A DNA stretch of 64,000 nt from Bacteroidales bacterium UBA6680 (GTDB lineage: Bacteria; Bacteroidota; Bacteroidia; Bacteroidales; UBA6680): the NCBI GenBank assembly GCA_002454955.1, contig DKJY01000021.1, positions 2,525 through 66,524 of the forward strand, given 5' to 3'. The first letter of the stretch is position 1. Each line of letters starts with the position of its first letter. The position numbers and the translations under genes are program-made. Below, in pieces: positions 57,880-64,000 of this stretch. The notes beneath the pieces were generated by a model. The model was not told where the DNA came from. It did not search any database and was given only the letters and a program-made list of their open reading frames with translations.

Positions 57880-57980
57880 GTAGTTACTATTTGCTTCTTT
57901 TATACATATCAAATATTTAACGGTTAAATAATATTTATAGTGGAGCTCCCAATCAATTACTTAATCAAAATTTACATAAA

Positions 57981-58586
57981 ATGAATAACCTTAACTTGTC
58001 AATTGAAAAAATTAGATGTTTACGTACCAGTATTGAGATAAGTCGTGATGAGATATATTGTGCCGGGGTTTTTGTTCCTATAAAAGAGGTTGCTAATGAT
58101 CTACAGCCCGATATAGGGATCAGGTCATTTGCTACATCGGTAAATAAGTTCTCTGGGGGCTATGAGAAACTGCTTAAGGAGGATTTTGATTTTACATTTG
58201 GTGATGACTTTCTGCTTATTCTTCATCTTATAGAGAAAGATGATGGTGATATATATAACTGTTTTGCATCGGGTGAGTGTACTAAAGAGATTGGAAATAT
58301 TGACATATGGGAAAATCTTAAGAGTATAATAGTGCAAGAGGCAGGCACTATTGACTTAATAGGTATGATAGATTATAAATCGGCACTGCTTAAGCTTATA
58401 ACTAAAGCCCTTCCGGGATTCTTTAAAGACCTGTTTATTCAGGTTAAGCGCGACGATATATTAGAGGTAAAACGATTTACAAAGAATAATCTGTCAGAAT
58501 TTGCTGATGTGTCGGGTGGTAAAACATTTCTGTTTAAAAATATATTTGCTAAATATGAGGTAACATTAAAGCTTAGTATTAGCTAG
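57981..58586 (+). CDS. Hypothetical protein
   Basis: 201-aa ORF with no signal peptide, TM segment or recognisable motif. Confidence 0.45.
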   Translation: MNNLNLSIEKIRCLRTSIEISRDEIYCAGVFVPIKEVANDLQPDIGIRSFATSVNKFSGGYEKLLKEDFDFTFGDDFLLILHLIEKDDGDIYNCFASGECTKEIGNIDIWENLKSIIVQEAGTIDLIGMIDYKSALLKLITKALPGFFKDLFIQVKRDDILEVKRFTKNNLSEFADVSGGKTFLFKNIFAKYEVTLKLSIS

Positions 58587-58630
58587 TTTTCGGTGTGGTT
58601 CATGTGGTCGTAGATATCTGTTTACGGCCA

Positions 58631-59125
58631 CTAAAACGTATTTACTATTAGTGATGTTGTATTTGTAAGATCTAACTTCTTAATTATCTTTCTTCTGTGT
58701 GTATCTACTGTATGTTTACTAATAAAAAGTATATCGGCAATAGAATTGCTGCACATTCCCTGACACAACAAGTTGTATATCTCTTTCTCCCTTTTTGATA
58801 ATAACTGTACGTTATGATTTAATCCTCTGTAAACAGTATTGTATATCTCCCCCTGCTTATAATATAGTATAATGTTTATATTATTATCGTTCTTTATATG
58901 TGTAATGTTTGTACATATGTTTTTACATATATAATTGTCTCCTCCTTTGTCTGGTAGTATTAATAACGAGTGCGTTAGTATCTTTATATAGCTGCCATCT
59001 TTTACTCTTAACCTATAGTTTAATCTCAGAATATCAAAACCCGGATTACAATCAGAGATACGTATCTTGCTGTATAGTTTTCTTATATCTCTTGATATTA
59101 CTTTGCAGTCGTCCGGATGAATCAT
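58631..59125 (-). CDS. PAS-LuxR transcriptional regulator (5' end apparently disrupted)
   Basis: The C-terminal LuxR HTH reads LSKREKEIYNLLCQGMCSNSIADILFISKHTVDTHRRKIIKKL. The open frame continues upstream to 59329 and encodes the first half of a PAS fold, but contains no ATG, GTG or TTG. Confidence 0.6.
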   Translation of the reverse strand: MIHPDDCKVISRDIRKLYSKIRISDCNPGFDILRLNYRLRVKDGSYIKILTHSLLILPDKGGDNYICKNICTNITHIKNDNNINIILYYKQGEIYNTVYRGLNHNVQLLSKREKEIYNLLCQGMCSNSIADILFISKHTVDTHRRKIIKKLDLTNTTSLIVNTF

Positions 59126-59393
59126 AGATCTTAGCCTGCTAAATGTTATCTTGTTGTTATCAATACCTGTAATAACTTTAAAGTTATCAGACAGGTATAC
59201 AATTCGTTTATCTATAATATCTACTATATAGAAAAACTGATCTGGCAGGGTCTCACCATATGTTATAACCTCATTTGCGGAGGTACTGTTTGCGTATTTA
59301 ATAATATCAGATTCTAAAAATCCGGTTATCTATTGTTCATGGATATCATTATTTAAATGATGTCTGAAATATAGTTAAAATGAGGTAATATAT

Positions 59394-59430
59394 AAAGAGC
59401 CAAATGTTATTGTAACTCATTTGGCTCTTT
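59394..59430 (-). terminator. Hairpin terminator after the YyaL-like gene
   Basis: AAAGAGCCAAATG-N11-CATTTGGCTCTTT, about 30 nt after the stop at 59459. Confidence 0.5.
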
Positions 59431-59458
59431 CTGTATATATTGTCTTTAAACCAGATAT

Positions 59459-61483
59459 TTATGTTATTCTCTCCAGTTCAGATAATACCTCGTTCAGACT
59501 TTGAAGTGGCTTAGAACAGCTATTGTTATTGCAGATATATACAACAGTTTTACCTGTTACATACCTGTCTTTTAGCAAAGGGACATTCTCAGATGTACCT
59601 CCTGTAAATATCACATTTGGCATATATATCTGCATAATACTGTTGCGGAGTTTGTTTGAATCTTTACCAATAACAGAGATCTCAATTGGTGTAAATGACG
59701 CATTACCTAAAAGCATTGCCCATTTGGCGTAGTATGCACCTCCGTTAATTAACGTATTCTCTACTATGGCAAGCATACGCATAGCCATATTGTAATAACT
59801 ACTGCTTTTATATATATACGATAACCTGAACAGATTATCTGCCATTACAGAATTTGATGCAGGCATTACATTATCTGTCATATCCTGCTTCCTGACTACT
59901 ATCTCATTATCTTCATCAGATGTATAATAGAATAGCCCCGACTCCTTATTATAAAAGTGATCTATACAGTACTCTGTAATTATCTTTGCATTATCTATCC
60001 ATTCCTTATTAAAAGTTACCTCATATAACGATATAAAAGCCTCTGTCAGGAATGCATAGTCGTCCAGAAATGCATTAACGGTAATCTTAGAATCTTTGTA
60101 TATACGGTTTAGTCTGCCATTACTACCAGTCATGTTCTGCTGTATGAATCTGGCGTTCTTTATAGCTATATCCAGATACTTTGAATCTGATGTTGCTCTG
60201 TATGCATCGGTATATCCTTTAATAGCCAGAGCATTCCATGCTGTTATTATCTTATCATCAACACCCGGTTTTATTCGTTTGTTACGTTCAGTATATACCC
60301 TCTCTCTAAACTTGCCAATAATATCTCTAAACAGAACTTTGTTTATTCCGTTCTTTTCGGCAAACTTATCTGCACCATCATAAGCATGCAGAACATTACT
60401 GCCATGTTCCCAGTTACCCTTATCTGTTATGTTATAATAGTTACATATGGTATCTGCGTGCTCAAGATCTATAAATCTGAGTAGATCACTCTTTTTCCAT
60501 ATATAGAACTTCCATTCAACACCTTCGGTATCTGCATCAAGCGATGAATAGAATAATCCCTCATTACTTAACATCTCTGTTTGCAAAAATTCAGATGTCT
60601 GCTCAACAACGGTCAGATACTTTCTGTTTCCGGTTATCTGGTACAGTTTTGAATAGAGACTTATTAGTTGAGCATTATCATAAAGCATCTTCTCAAAATG
60701 AGGAACCTTCCATATATCATCTGTTGAATATCGGCAGAACCCTCCTCCAATATGGTCGTATATACCACCTGAAGCCATCTTTGTAAGTGCAGTTTCAGCA
60801 CCAACTAATGCTTTTGTATTGTTTGTAAAGAACTGATACTGTAACAGAAATTCAATACCAACAGGTAATGGGAATTTAGGCGTGCTGTTAAAACCACCAT
60901 TTGTATAATCTATACCTTTTGAATAGTTATCAAACAGCGATCTGTAATACCCTCTGCTTCTGTTTGCAGTGATGTCTTCCGGTGTCTTTACAACATTTGT
61001 CTCGGCAATACCTTTTGCCACTTCGGTTGCCTGATCTATAAGTTTGTCAGGAGTGGTTTTGTGTATGTCAACAATCTGCTTCATTAGAGCAAGCCAATTC
61101 TCCTTGGGGAAATATGTTGCTGCATAAAAAGGTTTACCATCGGGTAGCGCAAAGGCATTAAGAGGCCATCCGCCTCTGCCTGTTGTAAGATGTGCAGCAT
61201 CCATATACAGATTATCGATATCCGGACGTTCCTCTCTATCTACTTTAATGCATATAAAGTTACTGTTCATATACTCTGCAACAGCATCGTCCTCAAACGA
61301 TTCATGTGCCATTACATGACACCAGTGACATGCAGCATATCCTATACTTACAATTATTGGTCTGTTCTCGTTTAAAGCTTTGTTAAGAGCCTCATCGCCC
61401 CATTCATACCAATCTACAGGATTGTTTTCATGTTGCTTCAGGTATGGGCTGCTTGCATATTGTAATCTGTTTTTGATTGTCAT
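59459..61483 (-). CDS. Thioredoxin-domain protein of the YyaL/DUF255 family (N-acylglucosamine-2-epimerase-like)
   Basis: 674-aa ORF. The N-terminus NRLQYASSPYLKQHENNPVDWYEWGDEAL...IGYAACHWCHVMAHESFED is diagnostic of DUF255/YyaL. The C-terminal domain is (alpha/alpha)6-barrel-like. Confidence 0.8.
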   Translation of the reverse strand: MTIKNRLQYASSPYLKQHENNPVDWYEWGDEALNKALNENRPIIVSIGYAACHWCHVMAHESFEDDAVAEYMNSNFICIKVDREERPDIDNLYMDAAHLTTGRGGWPLNAFALPDGKPFYAATYFPKENWLALMKQIVDIHKTTPDKLIDQATEVAKGIAETNVVKTPEDITANRSRGYYRSLFDNYSKGIDYTNGGFNSTPKFPLPVGIEFLLQYQFFTNNTKALVGAETALTKMASGGIYDHIGGGFCRYSTDDIWKVPHFEKMLYDNAQLISLYSKLYQITGNRKYLTVVEQTSEFLQTEMLSNEGLFYSSLDADTEGVEWKFYIWKKSDLLRFIDLEHADTICNYYNITDKGNWEHGSNVLHAYDGADKFAEKNGINKVLFRDIIGKFRERVYTERNKRIKPGVDDKIITAWNALAIKGYTDAYRATSDSKYLDIAIKNARFIQQNMTGSNGRLNRIYKDSKITVNAFLDDYAFLTEAFISLYEVTFNKEWIDNAKIITEYCIDHFYNKESGLFYYTSDEDNEIVVRKQDMTDNVMPASNSVMADNLFRLSYIYKSSSYYNMAMRMLAIVENTLINGGAYYAKWAMLLGNASFTPIEISVIGKDSNKLRNSIMQIYMPNVIFTGGTSENVPLLKDRYVTGKTVVYICNNNSCSKPLQSLNEVLSELERIT

Positions 61484-61624
61484 ATTAGTAATAATTTACT
61501 CAATAAACAGATTGATAATTGTAATGTTCAGCAGACTGAACGGCCTTACCAGCAGTTATATGTTGGTATATATCTGTTGCCTGCAATAATACTACTCTAT
61601 ATTACAGACAATAGATATATAGTA

Positions 61625-62677
61625 TTATTTTAATATAGCAGATTTATCACCCTTATCAATTACCTCACCAATAATATTAGCCATTGGGTGAAGTCCAGAT
61701 TCAAGGATATCGGTCAGAAGATTATTTGCATTCTCTGCCGGAACAGATATTAAAAGTCCTCCCGATGTTTGAGCATCGTTTGATATAAGCTGTCTGTTAT
61801 AACTTACCCCCTCTGCAATAGTTACTTTATCCTCAATATACTCTCTGTTTCTGAATATTGCTCCGGGAATACACCCTTCGTCAAGTAGTGCCTCTGCATT
61901 ATTAAGAACAGGTATACTATTACTATCTATTATCACAGTAACATTACTTGCCTCAGCCATCTCTATAGTGTGTCCTAATAATCCAAAACCTGTGATATCG
62001 GTACATGCATTTGCACTATATCTCTGCATAAGCTCAGCTCCTTTTCTATTTAACAGTTTCATCTGATCAAGAGCTTGCTGATACGTGGAATCATCAATCA
62101 TATCAATCCTTTTGGCTGTGGTTATTACACCAGTACCTATAGGTTTTGTAAGTATAAGTTTGTCTCCTGGTTTTGCCCCAGCATTTGTTATAAGTTTGTC
62201 AGGATGAACAGTACCAACAACGGCTAAACCATATTTGGGCGGATAGTCCTCAATTGTATGACCACCAAGAATAACAGCTCCGGCTTCTGATGTTTTAGCC
62301 TGACCACCCTTTATAATATCAGCAAACGACTCCATTGGGATCTTCTCAGATGAGAACATCATCAGGTTAAGAGCCATTAATGGTGTTCCGCCCATAGCAT
62401 AAACATCGCTAAGCGCATTTGATGCTGCAATCTCTCCAAACTCATACGCATCAGAACATACCGGAGGAAAGAAATCTGTTGTATATATAAGAGCAGTATC
62501 ATCGTTTAGTTTATATACACCGGCATCGTCATGTGTCTCTATATCAACTAATATATTAGCATTGTCTGGTTTTGGTATATGTTCAAGAATCTTAGAGAGT
62601 ACCTTGGGTGGTATCTTTGCAGAGCATCCGCCATACTCAACTGTTGACATCAGGTCAAATTTATTTTTACTATTCAT
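61625..62677 (-). CDS. selD: Selenide, water dikinase (selenophosphate synthetase), Cys-type
   Basis: 350-aa ORF. The N-terminal glycine-rich loop is VEYGGCSAKIPPKVLSKIL, with Cys at the Sec/Cys position and a conserved Lys. DDAGVY and an AIR-synthase-like fold are present. Confidence 0.85.
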   Translation of the reverse strand: MNSKNKFDLMSTVEYGGCSAKIPPKVLSKILEHIPKPDNANILVDIETHDDAGVYKLNDDTALIYTTDFFPPVCSDAYEFGEIAASNALSDVYAMGGTPLMALNLMMFSSEKIPMESFADIIKGGQAKTSEAGAVILGGHTIEDYPPKYGLAVVGTVHPDKLITNAGAKPGDKLILTKPIGTGVITTAKRIDMIDDSTYQQALDQMKLLNRKGAELMQRYSANACTDITGFGLLGHTIEMAEASNVTVIIDSNSIPVLNNAEALLDEGCIPGAIFRNREYIEDKVTIAEGVSYNRQLISNDAQTSGGLLISVPAENANNLLTDILESGLHPMANIIGEVIDKGDKSAILK

Positions 62678-62688
62678 TTAATACTTAA

Positions 62689-62904
62689 TTATAACGTAAT
62701 ATGTCTGTGCGATATACTATTCTCTGTGAGTGTATCTATAATTCTCTCTATATTCTCTGTAGCTGTGGTAATACTCATACCACACTCTGCTGATATCTCT
62801 TTAGGTACAGGAACAACAGAGTATTTTATATCTGTTTTGCCCAGTATTCTATCGCTCTTTATTGCATCTCTGGTAGATCTGAATACAAAATACTCACGTC
62901 TCAT
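62689..62904 (-). CDS. DUF3343 protein (putative Se/S carrier-like)
   Basis: 71-aa ORF with FRSTRDAIKSDRIL...YSVVPVPKEISAECGMSI, which matches the DUF3343 pattern. Its start overlaps the upstream stop (ATGA). Confidence 0.6.
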   Translation of the reverse strand: MRREYFVFRSTRDAIKSDRILGKTDIKYSVVPVPKEISAECGMSITTATENIERIIDTLTENSISHRHITL

Positions 62905-64000
62905 TTAACAACATCCTTTATTGCCCTGTACAGATATTCAAGATCGCTGGTAGTGTGTAGTGGCGATAACGAAAATCTGCACGATCCTGTATTGTCCGTG
63001 TTCAGATATTTGTGTGCCATAGGAGCACAGTGTAAACCTGCTCGTGTCTCAACTCCAAATCTACTATATAGTTCAGCAGATATTGCAGAACTATTCATGC
63101 TATTATGTGTAATTGAGAATAACGATGATTGATTCTCCGGTTTATTTGCACATATAACTTCTACTCCATCTAAAGATTTTACTCTCTCAATAAGATCTGT
63201 TAAATCTGCTTGTGTATGGTTATATACTAACGGGTTGTTCAGAGCAGCAAACAGACCGGCAAAACCCACCATGTTTGGAGTACCAGCCATAAACTTATCA
63301 GGTGCATAATCGGGCATAACAATATCCTCAGAATTACTCCCGGTGCCACCCTCAATGAGTGTATCTGTTGTATTAATATTCTTAATGTAAACACCACCTG
63401 TACCTGTAGGTCCGCCAATTGCTTTGTGCCCGGTGAATACTGCAAAGTCAATACTCCACATATCACACTTTAGTTGCTCTTTTCCTACCGACTGCGCACC
63501 ATCAACCAATAGAGCTATATCAGGAGCAGCACCTTTTATCTGTTTAACAGGCTGTATAACACCGTTTACATTACTTACATGGTTTACAATAATAAGTTTT
63601 GTTCTGTCTGTAATATGGTTCTGTATCTCATCAACCAATATCAGGCCATCACTATTAGCAGGAAGAGTACTCCACGATATATTAATGTTATTGGCCAATC
63701 TCTTTAACGGACGCATCACGGCATTATGTTCAAGAGGACTTACCAATACATGATCTCCGCTTTTAAGAAAGCCTTTTAAAACAGTATTGATAGCTTGTGT
63801 GGCGTTGTTGCATAGTACAATATTTTCTGGATTGTCAATATGCATTAATTCAGCAAGTTTATCCCGGGTATCTTCAATAATAGCAGATGCCTCAATGCTT
63901 CGTTTGTAGAATGACCTGCCATAGGTTCCGCCTATACAGTTAAGATAGTGCGACATTGCTTTGGCAACACTCTGGTGTTTTGGAAAAGAGGTGCTGCTAT
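62901..64000 (-). CDS. Class V aminotransferase-fold cysteine desulfurase / selenocysteine-lyase-like protein (5' end outside the window)
   Basis: The frame stays open to the window edge (..SSTSFPKHQSVAKAMSHYLNCIGGTYGRS..), which matches the YPKP..V..AM..Y....GG..GR N-terminus of the cysteine-desulfurase-family subgroup. FTGHKAIGGPTGTG supplies the PLP-lysine context. Confidence 0.75.
   Translation of the reverse strand, partial: SSTSFPKHQSVAKAMSHYLNCIGGTYGRSFYKRSIEASAIIEDTRDKLAELMHIDNPENIVLCNNATQAINTVLKGFLKSGDHVLVSPLEHNAVMRPLKRLANNINISWSTLPANSDGLILVDEIQNHITDRTKLIIVNHVSNVNGVIQPVKQIKGAAPDIALLVDGAQSVGKEQLKCDMWSIDFAVFTGHKAIGGPTGTGGVYIKNINTTDTLIEGGTGSNSEDIVMPDYAPDKFMAGTPNMVGFAGLFAALNNPLVYNHTQADLTDLIERVKSLDGVEVICANKPENQSSLFSITHNSMNSSAISAELYSRFGVETRAGLHCAPMAHKYLNTDNTGSCRFSLSPLHTTSDLEYLYRAIKDVVK

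Noticed and set aside
106-59430. The shared AAAGAGCCA...TGGCTCTTT stems in the hairpins at 106-142, 3561-3603 and 59394-59430, considered as a dispersed repeat family.
   Set aside because: The first two are explained by the tandem gene duplication. The third shares only the 9-nt stem start and has a different loop and flanks. That is too short to distinguish from chance among terminator hairpins.
1-64000. A search for tRNA, rRNA, tmRNA, integrase, transposase or prophage signatures that would mark a mobile island around the metal or detoxification genes.
   Set aside because: I saw no T-loop/acceptor-like GC-rich cloverleaf candidates and no rRNA-like stretches. No ORF carries integrase, transposase or phage hallmark motifs. 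The only mobile-element-like sequences are the non-autonomous hairpin-cluster repeats at 14063-14377 and 16557-16945.

Overview
This is an AT-rich chromosomal segment of Bacteroidota type. The assignment rests on three proteins with Por/T9SS C-terminal sorting domains, TAnnTTTG-type promoter boxes, and LytTR and TPR two-component systems. An iron-sulfur flavoprotein and selD hint at an anaerobic host. About 50 protein-coding genes are supported. I found no rRNA, tRNA, CRISPR array, transposase, integrase, reverse transcriptase or phage genes.

Main blocks:
1. 149-9211: two tandem paralogous giant T9SS surface proteins plus an FGE-sulfatase (C-type-lectin-fold) lipoprotein. They share duplicated leader and terminator modules, and one further copy of the module has no gene.
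2. 9212-26715: miscellaneous hydrolase, regulator, transporter and detoxification genes (AraC-GyrI, beta-lactamase-fold hydrolase, CAT, VOC, DinB-like, threonine aldolase, MFS, MBL). Two copies of a GC-rich hairpin-cluster, MITE-like repeat lie in this block.
3. 26961-39101: a heavy-metal neighbourhood. It holds an HME-RND efflux operon with an HMA-AraC regulator, a small Cys-rich protein, an enlarged CusA/CzcA-type pump, an OMF, and an adaptor fused to three metal-binding modules. Next to it are a thioredoxin-motif secreted protein, DUF302 and an HMA lipoprotein.
4. 39304-57651: housekeeping and sensory genes (mnmA, class IV aminotransferase, DEAD-box helicase, LytS/LytTR plus an ABC-2 pair, PD40, BNR-T9SS, a gluzincin peptidase, TPR-HK/RR).
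5. 59459-64000: a selenium-donor cluster (cysteine-desulfurase-like, DUF3343, selD) next to a YyaL-type thioredoxin-domain protein.

The features least explained by ordinary annotation are all non-coding:
- A five-unit tandem array of about 105 bp (37270-37830) whose palindromic boxes keep their dyad symmetry despite substitutions.
- A roughly 370-bp element with inverted termini and five or six GC-rich triloop hairpins, present as one complete copy and one truncated copy.
- A promoter/leader/terminator module found at three loci, one of which has no gene.

I cannot show from sequence alone that any of these is a new biological system. Each needs comparative and transcript data.
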